DNA of 64,000 nt from the NCBI GenBank assembly GCA_964016885.1, contig OZ024763.1, forward strand, positions 9,486,001-9,550,000, written 5' to 3'. The stretch is from Eledone cirrhosa (lineage: Eukaryota). Below are positions 1 to 11,900 of the stretch, piece by piece. The first letter of the stretch is position 1, and the number at the start of each line of letters is the position of its first letter. Made by a program: the position numbers and the translations under genes. The notes under the pieces are model-generated. The model was not told where the DNA came from, did not search any database, and saw only the letters and a program-made list of their open reading frames with translations.

Positions 1-24
1 AATAATAATAACAATAATAATAAG

Positions 25-512
25 AGAAGTGGTATGAGCATAAGCCAGAGTCGGTGATAGAAAACGATCAGGTGAAGGTGGTATGAGATTTTAGGATACA
101 GAAGGACAAGAAATTAGAACACAATAGGCCTGACCTGGTGGTTTTGGACAAGGAAAAAAGATTGTGCCTGATTGTAGATGTAGCTCTGCCCATTTGACAT
201 GAGAGTGCAAGAAAAGGAGAGGGAGAAAATTAACCGATACCAGGATTTAAAGTGGGAGTTAAAAAGGATTTGGAACTGCCATGAAATCAAAGGTTGTCCC
301 GATTGTCATACGTGCACTAGGTACTCAAAGAGTTTCCAAGGATGGTTAAAGATTAGTCCAGCCCCATTTTTTGGAACACTTCAAAAGGCATGCTTGCTGG
401 GAACAGCAAGAACCCTCCGATACGTCCTGAATATCTGAGGCTGCAGGTAGCGGCTTGATATTCATTTCAACAAACTTTCCAGTTAAATAACATCAATGAC
501 TGAGACTCAAAG
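25..512 (+). mobile_element. R4/Dong-clade non-LTR retrotransposon, 3' fragment (restriction-like endonuclease end + 3' UTR), frameshifted
   Basis: Translates to KWYEHKPESVIEND..VV*DFRIQKDKKLEHNRPDLVV..KEREKINRYQDLKWELKRIW..LQKACLLGTARTLRYVL, the RLE domain C-terminus. Flanked on both sides by (AAT)n, the known Dong target. Near-identical copy at 32581-33070. Confidence 0.88.
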
Positions 513-547
513 AACAACAATAATAATAATAATAATAATAATGATTT

Positions 548-1460
548 CATTTATTGGCCACAAGGGCCGACATGTAGGGGACAATACAAAGACGGGGACA
601 GTGGGGGTTTACATATAAAATGTGTAAGAATATAAATAACAATAACAAAATAACAAGGAAAATACAACAATGAAAAATTCTCCAACAGGGTTGACTCAGG
701 TACCCTACCAATCCTGAACCACTCTGCGCTTCTAGGGCACCAGGGAAGGGCACCGCTCTCCTCAAATTAGCCAGCCTATAGGCACATGGTCAGAGTAGGC
801 CCAATCACACGGGCCATTCTCGCTACATTCATCCACCTTTTAACAAATGTACTGGGGGGCAGTACTTCTCTCTCCACCCTCACCTTCCTTTCCAGGTGAA
901 ACTTGAAAAAGTTGATGAGGGATTGGCCGAAGAGAAAAGTGTCTGTCTTCAGTCTTTTCAACCTGGTCCACCATACAACCTCTTTTGCAACTGCCACCAG
1001 ACAGAGGAATATTGCCTGCCCTTCCTGGCCAAAGGAAGGCGGCAGGCCGATCTTCACTATGGAATCGGCCGATAGCCAGATCCATTTTACATGCGACAAC
1101 AGCTGGATGAGTGCGTGCAGAATGGTTTCGTCGCTGTGCGCAGCTGGGGCAGGTCTGTCTGACAGCATTTCCGTGCCTGTAGAGTTTACCTCGAACCGGC
1201 AGTGCCACCCCCCACCCCCTCCGGTAGCGAGGGATTTTTGGAAGTTATCCATTGTCCCCGGCTCAAAAGTCCACCGGGACAGACTGGTCAGTTCGGCTTC
1301 GTCGACGCCCAGAGTCTCTCTGAGTGCGATGTCACACTTACCCACTACTAATCCTCTATAGAACTCAAGAATGGAAGTTCTACTGACCGCATTGCCCGCC
1401 TGGTAGAGGGCAGTGAGTGCCTGGCAACATTCCAGATGCCAGGCACCCAATATTGGTCTC
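548..1460 (-). mobile_element. Tx1/L1-clade LINE, 3' fragment (C-terminal zinc-finger region + 3' UTR)
   Basis: ORFs 776-1450 and 840-1208 give LPVRGKLYRHG..CPSC..DETILHALIQ..AVAKEVVWWTR, a zf-RVT-like C-terminus. Related copies at 26745-28145 and 33600-34520. Flanked by (AAT)n. Confidence 0.75.
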
Positions 1461-1472
1461 TAATAATAATAA

Positions 1473-2031
1473 CTAGCAGAATAGCTCGGCGTTGCTCGGG
1501 ATTTGCTTTAGGGTTCTTATATATTTGATATATATTTATCCTTATCGAGCCTCGTGAAATAACTACATTTGTTTATATTTTGTTATTGTGTATGCAAAAA
1601 TATCTGTTCACGAATATATAATTATATATATATATATATATATATTTATTAAAATAACAGATTAAAGTTTAAGCAAAGAATTGCTGCTTTCACCCTTAAT
1701 GGGATCTTCTGAAACTAAAAAAATTCAATCTGTGAACGCAGAAGTAAATATTTCGAAAGACGTTTCACACTATATATATATATACACACACACACATATA
1801 GCGTAATAATGTCGTAATGCAGACAGCCAGACATACAGACAGATATTATAAGGGCGCAACGTTATATCTATGTATCTATCTAAAAAGAAAGATTAAGAAT
1901 TAATTTCTTTTGCTCAAAACACTGACAGGACCATAAGTATTACATGTGTAAAGTTTGAAAACAATTGGTTGGGTGGTTCTCGAGTTTTAGGGAGTCAGAC
2001 AGACAGGCATTCTCTGTTTTAGATATATAGA
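1473..2031 (-). mobile_element. Non-autonomous Helitron
   Basis: Minus strand starts TCTATATATCTAAAACAG and ends CCCGAGCAACGCCGAGCTATTCTGCTAG (subterminal hairpin + CTAG). Inserted between A and T. Homologous plus-strand copy at 40036-40766. Confidence 0.8.
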
Positions 2032-2034
2032 TAA

Positions 2035-3690
2035 CTAGCAGTGGTTCCCGGCGTTGCACGGGATAATGTATTTTGGAACGCGGGCCGCCAACAGACTAAG
2101 TTGTGGAAAAACTGCATGCCTCAACAATATGTAAAGAAAATAAACCAAATACTCTGAATGCTGGATAATCTTTAATATTTTCCTCGATGAAGCAGTAAAA
2201 ATGCAGGTTTTCACCTAATGCGGGCCCTAGGACATCAAGAAAATGATTTTTTTTATGTGCATAATATGCCTTGAAATTTTGGGAAAATCGGCTAGACGTA
2301 ACGCCTAAAAAAAGCCCTAAAAAAGCTGAAAAAATGAAGTTTTTCACCTAATGTGGGCCCTAGACTCACGGTATGAAGAAGAGACTGACTAAATACATAG
2401 TTACAATTTCAAGGAAATCGGTCTGACGTAACACCTCAAAATACTCCTAAAAATCTTTAAAAACGCAGTTTTTTCACCTAATGCGGGCCCTAGGGGATCA
2501 AAAAGATGAATTTTTTATGTGCATAATACTCCCTGAAACATAATGCGGGCCGCCAACAGACCTAATTGTGGGAAAACTGCATACCTGGACAATATGTAAA
2601 GAAAATAAACTGAATACTCTGATGCAATTAACAAATTTAAAGTGATGTAATGCAGACAGCCAGACATACAGACAGATATTATAAGGGCAGCGACGTTATT
2701 ATGTATGTATCTATCTAAAAAGAGAAAGACTAAGAATTATAGAGAAAGATCGCTGAATCGCCTAATGCGGTCCCTAGGGCATTGAAAATTTGAAATTCTT
2801 TTTGCTCAGAACACTCTCTGAAACATAAGTATTACATGTGTAAAGTTTGAAAACAGTTGGTTGGGTGCCTACAATACTAAGCGGTAAAATAGTAACTTTT
2901 GTTCTCGTAAAAGCACGTAAGTAAGCAACACTGTGAAAACTGAAGCTATTATAGCAATGTTTTTCTTTACCAGCTTTAAGTTTTAGTGTTGTGTGAAATA
3001 TATAACCTGCAAACCTGATTTTTTAATCGCAGCAGGATCGACTTTATTTCACTTGCTCCACTAAAAGTTTGATTTTCTTTGCTCACGGTATGAAGAAGAG
3101 ACTGACTAATACATAGTTACCGGCTTTAATTTTTAGTGTTGTGTGAAATATATAACTGCCTTAGCTAAACTTAGTATTGCCACAACCGCGGCAGGCAAAG
3201 AAGTAAGGGTCTGGTGGTATGTAAGTAAGCTACACTGTGGCTTAAAACATGAGGAAGAAGTTGTGTGCACTTACCAACTGTTTGGGGAATGAGTGTGAGA
3301 TTTGTCTTGAGCAAGGGTGGCAAAATAACTGGAGGCAGCAGACAGCCAGACATACAGACAGATATTATAAGGGCACATTCTGGACGCAGAGGAAATTCTG
3401 GGAAGTGACGTAATGCAGACAGCCAGACATACAGACATATATTATAAGGGCGCGACGTTATATGTATGTATTTATCTAAAAAGAGAAAGACTAAGAATTA
3501 TAGAGAGAGATCGCTAAATCAACTAATGCGGTCCCTAGGGCATTGAAAATTTGAAATTTTTTTGCTCATAACACTCCCTGAAACATAAGTATTACATGTG
3601 TAAAGTTTGAAAACAGTCGGTTGGGTGCTTCTCGAGTCTTGGGGATTCAAACTCACACACAGACAGACATCCTCAGTTTTATATATATAG

Positions 3691-3691
<1 letters not shown>
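2035..3691 (-). mobile_element. Non-autonomous Helitron with internal duplications
   Basis: Minus strand starts TCTATATATATAAAACTGAGG and ends CCCGTGCAACGCCGGGAACCACTGCTAG. A|T flanks. Internal repeated blocks (e.g. cctaatgcgggccctagg, gcagacagccagacatacagacag). Confidence 0.8.
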
Positions 3692-3721
<30 letters not shown>

Positions 3722-3749
3722 TATGCTACTGATCTCATGCTTTATTTCT

Positions 3750-4472
3750 AGGTTGGACAGACGAAGGAAACTGTTGCAACTAATGCTGCTAAGCACATAA
3801 AATTAATGGCAAAAGCAAAAGGGCAAGAGCAATTAGCATCAAAGTGGGAGCAGAAACATCTGCATCACAAATATGTGGCCCGTAGCAAACAAGCTGATGT
3901 TGACCAAAAGCACACCCATCAGTGGCTATGTAGCTCAGAGATAAAAGCAGAGAGCGAAGGCTTCATCTTAGCTGCCCAAGATCAAAGATTACTGACACGG
4001 AATAGACATGACAGAGTTGGCCAATATCTACACTGTCAGCATTATAAAATCAAAGCTGCTGACAAGTGGTACAATCATCACCCTGAGGCTGTAACTGAAG
4101 GAGAAAAAGTAACAATTCTTTGGGACTTTCCTGTACATACTGACAGGACCACAAAAGCTAATAGACCAAACATTATTGTAAAAGATCAACATAACAAGGT
4201 CTGTTTATTGATTGATATGATCATCCCATGTGATCTCAATATCGCAGCAAAAGAATTTGACAAGCTACGAAAATATAAAGATCTGCTTAATGAAATTGAA
4301 AAAAATGTGGCACCTCAAGGCCGTTACAATACCAGTGATTGTGGGAGGACTGGGAATGATCAAGAAAGGAACAGAACAGTATTTAAAATACCTGGTTTAC
4401 CCTCTGCAAGAGGTGAAAAAAATTGTTTTAACTGGTACTGCACACATATTGAGAAGAGCACTAGCTCTGTAA
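3750..4472 (+). mobile_element. R4/Dong-like LINE 3' fragment (RLE domain), internally deleted
   Basis: ORFs 3806-4525 and 4230-4472: ESEGFILAAQDQ..RHDRVGQYLH..KWYNHHPE..ILWDFPVHTDRTTKANRPNIIV..IPVIVGGLG..VLTGTAHILRRAL. Preceded by (AAT)n. Confidence 0.85.
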
Positions 4473-4499
4473 GAATGATATCCCACCTTGTGTGGATGT

Positions 4500-4530
<31 letters not shown>

Positions 4531-4540
4531 TAGAGCACTA

Positions 4541-5001
4541 TCTAAACTATAATAAAGTAAGGAGTGCGGGACTGCGTACGGTTTATAATTTTTTATCCCA
4601 TTAGTAAAATAAGTTGGATTACTTTGAATAAATAATGAATGAATATTACATAATTTATCTACTAAATTTCGTGGCTGTTGATTAAATATATTTTATTATT
4701 TATTTAAAGATTCACTTCTTTAAAATTTTCAAATGCTTCCGGTTAGCGATCGCTTAAATAAACATTCATATATTTCTGTCACTAATTTTCTCCTAATGCA
4801 GTTTATATATAATATTGTCTTTTTTAATGTATCATGGATTATGTTACCTATTACATAAGACAGTGTAACACAGTCTTCGTGTATATTGTCAATTACAATT
4901 TTGTTTGATGTATCATATCTACATGTATATATATTTGCATATAATATCAATATACACACTATACTAGCCGAAAACCACCCTAAGTGTGGTTTTTCTGCTA
5001 G
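4541..5001 (+). mobile_element. Non-autonomous Helitron (461 bp)
   Basis: Starts TCTAAACTATAATAAAG and ends with hairpin CTAGCCGAAAACCAC..GTGGTTTTTCTGCTAG. Removing it restores agagcacta|tctctgtaagaatgatatccc, matching the paralog at 4455-4484 (A|T insertion, no TSD). Confidence 0.85.
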
Positions 5002-5099
5002 TCTCTGTAAGAATGATATCCCTCTGTATGAATGATAAGCTGTAAATTATATTCAATGTGCTGTGTTACCTGGTTTACCAATGCTAAGAGGCGCATCAA

Positions 5100-6770
5100 T
5101 TTCTCATTGGCTCTTCTGACAAGCACAAATTTTTTTATGTTTTGTTGGTGCGGTTTTATTTGTTTTCATTTGGGTGACTGTGGTTTTGTCGGGTATGTCT
5201 GTGTTTGTTGTAGGTGTGGTGTCTGCAATTTCAGGTGTCTGTGTGTTTATTTGTTCTTGTGTCTGTTTAGGTTGTTTGCGTTTGGAAGATTGTAGTGGTG
5301 GTGTTGGTGTTGTTGGGGTGTGTTTGCGTTGGTGGTGTCTGTATTCTTTGTTGTGGATGTTTTGTGCTTTGTGGGGGCTTTTTCTTTGTGTGTTTTCTGT
5401 TTTGCTTTTTGGCACAATTGGGTTTTCCCTCATCTTCACCACTAGAACACAAAGGGTCTGTGGCTATGAGTGTATCTGTGTCTGTGTGTGTGTTTATGTT
5501 TTTGTCCATGTGTATATTTTGATGGGTAGGGGGAATGGGAGAGCTTTCCTCGTTTTCCCCCTGGATTGGTTTTGGTGCTGGTGGTGGTTTAACTTTTTTG
5601 CTGTTGGTGGGGCTGCCGGTGTTGGTGTTGGTGGAGCTTTCTGTTGGTGTCGACACTGGCGTTGGCAGCAAAGGGGGTTTGCGTCCCTCTGCATTTTTGA
5701 GCTGAGGGCAGAAGGCTCGCAGATGCGTTGCTTCCCCACAGACGAAGTAGTGCAGCCTTCTTCCCTCAGTAATCAACTTAATCATTATCCCCTCCTGCAG
5801 GTGGGCAAAATCCGAGATGTTGTTTAGGTCTTCTGGTTTTATTTGGTGAAGAATCTCCAAATCCATCCCAGACCAGTCCTCTCTGTCAGTCTTTTTAAAA
5901 TCTATGAGGGTAGTGTCAGTACCCTCCTTGATTACACATCCCAGGAGCCATCATAGGTTCATTCCTGATGGGATCCTAGGAATGTTCTTTTGCCCATGTA
6001 GGACTGGTGCATAATGATGCGTTCCATTCTGCAGGGGGCTTAATAGCAAGGGCCTCGGTTTTGAACAATACCGAGATAGTGCCAAACTGTTTGGCCCTTG
6101 CTTTGTGCTCAATATCCTTTTTTATGCATTCCAGAGCAACCTCAACTTCTGCCTGACTGGCGAGTTCAACCTTACGAGTCTGCACAGAAATGCATCGAAG
6201 TACAGTCCTCCTCTGCATTGCTGCTATTGCCTTGTCCAGGATGGTTAGGTTGGCCCAGGATTTTAATTCATTTTAATTCATTTCCATGACTCGGCCAACT
6301 GTTGCTCCTTGTCTGTTATATCAACGTTAAAAAAACGTTTTGTTTTCACAGCCGCAACCGCTGTGAATGTGCTGTTGCCTTTCAGTTTGTGGCTGCTCTC
6401 ACTGTTGTTGGTATTGTTATTCTTACTGTTGTTGTTGTTGTTGTTGGTGGTGGTATTGTTGTTGCTGCTGTTACCGTTATTAGTGTTTATATTAAGGCTG
6501 TTTATGTTGTTGTTGTTTTTCTTGGTTGTTGTTGTGGTGGTGATAGCGGGAGTGATGGTGACGCTGGTTAGAGGTGGTAAAGTGGAATGTTTACTGTTTA
6601 TAGTTCCTTTCCCTTGTACCATTCTCTCTCATTCAACAGCATTGACCACTGTTATATCACACATGTCTGTGGTAATAATAGTAGTAGTAGTAGTAGTAGT
6701 AGCGGTAGTGGCAGTTTTTGACCTTTTGGACTGCAAGTTGTTTACAGATTCAAGATCAAATTCTTCCATG
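5100..6770 (-). pseudogene. Degenerate gag-like ORF1 of an L1/Tx1-type non-LTR element
   Basis: ORF 5267-5866 contains HYFVCGEATHLRAFC, a CCHC knuckle with the first Cys lost, preceded by IKLITEGRR and followed by a Pro/Thr-rich tail. Upstream frameshifted pieces (5976-6218, 6278-6622) are low complexity / RRM-like. Confidence 0.6.
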
Positions 6771-7156
6771 TTTTTTTTGTTTTTTTTAATGATTTTTCAA
6801 AGTTTTTTGAAAATAAATCCGAATATTCGGGTTTAAAGCCCGAATATTGAAAGGTCTCCCCTCCTTGGAGCCAAGGTGGGTTGGTACCTTATGCCTCATT
6901 ATCAACAAGAAAAAACACAAAGTAATACTTTAAAACAACTTAAAATTACGAACCTCTTCATTAGAAATATGGAAATGAGATGATTAAAGTGTTTATATTT
7001 CTCTAAAAAAACCTTCCATCATAAATTTATGTAAGAACCTTTGTTAAGTTCTGTTCAAAAGACCAGATTGATAATGAGAAAGTTGGATATATTACTAAAT
7101 TCCACCAAATTAGATGATTATTTTCAAAATGATTTCAAAATCATAGGCAGTGTCTT

Positions 7157-7702
7157 TCATTGAAAATATGGTAACAAATGGGTTAAATGAAATAAAATGA
7201 AGTGATATGAAACTGGCATATAAGTAACTTTTATACTTGCTTTTGAAATTCTGTGTCTGACAAATCCTTGCGATACTACTGCTGTTGCCTGTGGGGGCTT
7301 TTCCAAGACAAGAAGCTCAGTAGAGACAGCAACAGGTGGTAGTCCACTAGCACAAGATATGTCACCTCCTTGGGGTGAATCACTGACAATGTTGTTCAAC
7401 TTCTTCGAAGGAGATGTGGTAGGAGCAGAAGATATATCAGTTCTTCGTGGTGAATCACTGCTAGCAACACTCTGTATCTTCTTCAAAGGAGGTGTGGTAG
7501 AAACAGAAGACATTTTAACTTCTCGTGATGAATCGCTGCTAGCAATGCTCTGCCTTGTCGACGGAGGGGTGGTAGAAAAACAAGACACTCCTCGGGGTGA
7601 ATCACTAGAAACCCTCTGCGTCTTTGGTTAAGAAACAGTAGAACTTGGTGGTTCTTCGTCACTTGATGAATTCTGATCGTTTTGGTTATTATCAGTGTTC
7701 AT
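7157..7702 (-). pseudogene. Ser/Pro-rich repeat ORF with one premature stop, origin unknown
   Basis: ATG at 7702 reads MNTDNNQNDQNSSSDEEPPSSTVS*PKTQRVSSDSPRG.. in frame with ORF 7157-7588. Four imperfect SDSP(R/Q)..S..TTPP..K repeats of about 23-26 aa. Confidence 0.4.
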
Positions 7703-7794
7703 TGTACCCCTTAAGTTAATATATATCCAGTGATTTAGTATTCAAATTTAGACTTTTGAACAGGAACACACACATACTCAAACAAAAATGATAC

Positions 7795-7833
<39 letters not shown>

Positions 7834-7856
7834 TAACAATAACAATAATAATAATA

Positions 7857-8075
7857 ATTGTTTCTACATTTGGCACAGGGCCAGCAATTTGGAGGAGGAG
7901 AAAGTCGATTAAATCTACCCCAGTGCATTACTGGTACTTTATTTTATCGACCCTGTAAGGATGAAAGGCAAAGTTAACCTCAGCGGGACTTGAACTCAGA
8001 ACATAAAGGGCCATAACTCTATGTTGCAAAGCAAGGTGTCCAACGCTCTACTGATACTGCTAATCCAACACCCTA
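7857..8075 (-). mobile_element. tRNA-derived SINE (Meta-domain-like family, many copies)
   Basis: Minus strand has A box TTAGCAGTATCAGTAGAG, B box GAGTTCAAGTCCC, central GCCTTTCATCCTTACAGGGTCGATAAAATAAAGTACCAG and an (ATT)n tail. Confidence 0.8.
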
Positions 8076-8690
8076 ATAACAACAACAACAACAACAATAA
8101 TAATGGTCTCTAATTTAGGCAGAAGGGTAGAGGTGGAAGTTGAATATATCGACCCCAGTATTTGACTGGTAGTCTATTTTACTGACATTGGAAGGAAGAC
8201 AACGTTGAGCTCAGATTTGAATTAAACACCACAAAGAAGTATGATACACTACCAATCCTGCAAATCTCATCACCCTAATATAATAATGACCTTGTTTTTA
8301 TTGGCCACGAGGACCCAAGACATTGGGAACAAACACAACACAATGTGGGGTTTACATAAAGTAAAGGGCGATAACAACAACACCAACAATGATTTCTAAT
8401 TATATTGACCTCCTTGGATTTTACTGGTACCTTATAATAACAATGAAGGTTTAAATCGGTCTTGTTAAGGGATGTTGATAAATTAGCAAATCACCAGAAA
8501 CCTTGAGCAAGTATCTGCTGCTATAGCATCAAGGTTGCATAGTGCTTTGTATGTGAAATTTGGTACACAGAAACTATCAAGAAGCCCACCGTATATACAT
8601 CTATGTGCATATTATGTCTCTCTTTCTCTCTCTCATTATATATATATATGTCTCTCTCTCTCTCTCTCTCTCATTATATATATATATGTC

Positions 8691-8877
8691 GGTGAATTGG
8701 CAGTATCGGTAGAGGGTCGGACGCCATGCTTTGACGCATAGATATACGGCCCTTGCCATTCTGAGTTCAAATCCCGCCGAGGTTAACTTTGCCTTTCATC
8801 CTTACGGGGTCGATAAAATAAAGTACCAGTAATACACTGGGAAATTGCTGGCCTTGTGCCAAAAGTAGAAACAATTA
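8691..8877 (+). mobile_element. tRNA-derived SINE (same family)
   Basis: TGGCAGTATCGGTAGAG..GAGTTCAAATCCCGCCGAGGTTAACTTTGCCTTTCATCC..GTAGAAACAATT. Further copies at about 9540-9726(-), 12253-12460(-), 21299-21465(-), 37855-38035(+), 57885-58135(+) and 62017-62120(-). Confidence 0.82.
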
Positions 8878-8889
8878 TATATATATATG

Positions 8890-8928
<39 letters not shown>

Positions 8929-8999
8929 CACAAATTGTTTATTTCTCTTTTGTAGAAATGTGTTAGAAGAATAAAATGTCTTTACTTATTCATTTTGGC

Positions 9000-9325
9000 T
9001 AATCACCCAATGTGTGACCTTGTACTGTTTAATCACCCAATGTGTGTGACCTTGTACTGCCTAATCACCCAATGTGTGTGACCTTGTACTGTCTAATCAC
9101 CCAATGTGTGTGACCTTGTACTGCCTAATCACCCAATGTGTGTGACCTTGTACTGTCTAATCACCCAATGTGTGTGACCTTGTACCGTCTAATCACCCAG
9201 TGTGTGTGACCTTGTACTGTCTAATCACCCAGTGTGTGTGACCTTGTACTGTCTAATCACCCAATGTGTGTGACCTTGTACTGTCTAATCACCCAATGTG
9301 TGTGGCCTTGACCTTGTACTGCCTA
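9000..9325. repeat. 32-bp minisatellite, about 10 units
   Basis: Head-to-tail TAATCACCCAATGTGTGTGACCTTGTACTG(T/C)C with no spacers. Confidence 0.95.
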
Positions 9326-10369
9326 AGTACTGTAACTAAACAGTTCAGCAAACAGAAACTGCTAAAAAAATATGTACTAGAGTTGTGATCAACTGAATCC
9401 TTTCAAGGCTTTAGTGCTCCAGCATAGCCACAATCAAGTGATGGAAAGCAGTAAAAGAATGAAAGAATAGATATATGTATATGCATGGAAGTCAATGTAC
9501 TATTTGTTTCTGCCAAATAACTCAGCAGTCCAACAAATAATTGTTTCTACTTTTGGCACAAGGCCAGCAATTACCCCAGTGCATTACTGGTACTTTATTT
9601 TATCGACCCCATAAGGATGATAGCAAATTTAACCTCGGCGGGATTTGAACTCAGATCGTAAAGGGAGGTAACTCTATGCGTTAAAGCATGGCGTCCAACC
9701 CTCTACCGATACTGCCAATCCACCAATGATTGATAAAATAAATACCAGGCATGGAAAGCAAACAAAAAAAATGTGTTTGTATGTATATCCATGGATGTCA
9801 ATGTGCTATTTGTTTATGTTCTGTAACTTAGCAGTTTGACAAAAAGAGATTGATAAAATAAGTACTGAGGTCAATATGAGCAAATAAAATCCTTTCACGG
9901 CTGTGGTTCCCCAGCATGGTCATAGTCAAATGACTGCATAACTCAGAAAAAGAATATGTATGTATGTGAATGTATGTATGCATGTATGCGTGTATGTATG
10001 TATATATGGATCCACATGCAGTCGTTCAACAGATATTGATAAAATAAGTAGCAGGTTGGTAGAGTTGATGTGCTTGACTTAAATCCTTTCAAAGCAGTGG
10101 TGTTACAGCATGGCCACAGTCAAATGACTTCATAAACCAGTAAAAGAGTAAATGACTCAGGCATCAGTAGTTTGGTATATGAAGAAATAATGATTTGGAG
10201 ACAAAAATTGCTGTTGCTATGCTGTTACTATAGTCAACAGACTAAAGTACAAGCTCTACAGAGTCCGTTGGTGTCCTAGTTACCATAGATACAAGGACCA
10301 AAGGACAATGGCAGCAGTTACGCAGTCATGTGTATAGACAAATAGATTCGGAGATATATACACTCGCTT

Positions 10370-10436
<67 letters not shown>

Positions 10437-10530
10437 TACATACATATACATATATATACATACACACACATATATATATATATTTACACACACACACATA
10501 TATATACCATATATATATACTCAAATAGAC

Positions 10531-10574
<44 letters not shown>

Positions 10575-10911
10575 TTCTTTTTTATTTATTTATTAATTTT
10601 TTTTTTTTCTTCTCCTCGTGCAATGGCCATACTCGATAACGAGGAGGCAGCCATCATATATATATATATATATATACATGTTAAACGGTGATAAGGATGT
10701 TGATGATATATTCGCACATACATATACACACAAATATTTATAAACACGTGTGTTTGTGTAAGATATATGAGATAAAGAGTGATACTTGATTTCTTTTGAA
10801 TGAATAAATAATAATGGGTTATAATCTCTTAGAACTAATACCAATGATAGTATACATGTGTATGTATATGTGTGTATTTGCTTATACACTTCATTGAATT
10901 TAGAATGTATA

Positions 10912-11490
10912 TTTATATGTATACACTAAGAAAGAAGTATTTTATATGTGGCCGATGCTCAGGGGCAATAAGTAACAAGCGTCCACAGGATACTAGCTCC
11001 ATCTAATGCCCAGATGGTTCTATAGAAATAGTGGACACTTTCCATTACCTGGGTGTTCTGAAAGTACAGTAGCCAGAGTCAGAACGGGATGGAAAAAGTT
11101 CAGTGAGCTTATACCGCTGTTGGCCACAAAAGGTTTCTCTCTAAAAATGAAAGACAGATTGTATGATGCCTGTATACGAACAGTAATGTTACATGGCAGT
11201 GAGACATGGGCATTGTGTGCAGAGGACCTGCGCAGACTGGAAAGGAATGAAGCATACATGCTCCATTGGATGTGTAATGGTAATATGCGTGAACGGCAAA
11301 GCATAAATGAACTAAGTGAGAAATTAGGAATAAGAGGGATCAGATGCTGTTTATTTGAGAGAAGATTACGTTGGTATGGTCATGTGATGCACATGAAAGA
11401 CGACAGCTGTATAAAAAAGTGCAAGGCGATCAAAATTGAGGGAAGTTACGGAGTAGGTAGACCCAGAAAAACCTGGAACAATATGATAAA
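10912..11490 (+). mobile_element. RTE-clade LINE ORF2 3' fragment
   Basis: ARVRTGWKKFSELIPLL..LYDACIRTVMLHGSETW..RRLRWYGHVM..GRPRKTW. Confidence 0.9.
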
Positions 11491-11634
11491 TATAATAAAA
11501 GGGCCGTAACTTTGACCCTCTACCAATACTGCTCCATTAGACAATGGAAGGTACTAAGTTGAATTGAGCAAAGATAAAACTAAGAAGACGTATTCTTGTG
11601 AGGATAACAAGAGGTGGTGAAATTTCATGTTGTT

Positions 11635-11900
11635 ATTGGTTGGTCTCCTATGAAGCTGTACTCCACAGGTTTCTCAGCTGTTTTAATTATAAAGACCCCA
11701 CTCCTATCATCTTGTTATTATAGAACACACCTATATAGGTTTAGCAAGCCTCTAACATGGTTGTACTCCATATGGATCTCAGGTGTTTTGATGATAAGTA
11801 CCCCAATCCTATCATGTTGTTGTTACAGCTCACACCTATGTAGGTTTAGCTGGCCTCATAGAATGTTGTATCTCATAGGAGATTTGTTGGGTGTTTTAAT
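11635..11900. repeat. Imperfect tandem repeat of about 105 bp; related dispersed copies at about 36560-36670 and 45500-45605
   Basis: Repeated ..ccccaatcctatcatgttgttgttacagctcacacctatgtaggtttagc.. blocks. Confidence 0.55.

Noticed and set aside
6302-6836. Hydrophobic plus-strand ORFs (also 5174-5827)
   Set aside because: Antisense readings of Asn/Thr-rich low-complexity retroelement ORF1 sequence.
9000-9325. CRISPR-like 32-bp repeat array
   Set aside because: Units are contiguous with no unique spacers, there are no cas genes, and the context is eukaryotic. It is a minisatellite.
10280-10889. Many YIYI/CVCV ORFs here and at about 35000-36900, 39470-39970, 54400-55200 and 62200-62620
   Set aside because: They are translations of (TA)n/(TG)n microsatellites.
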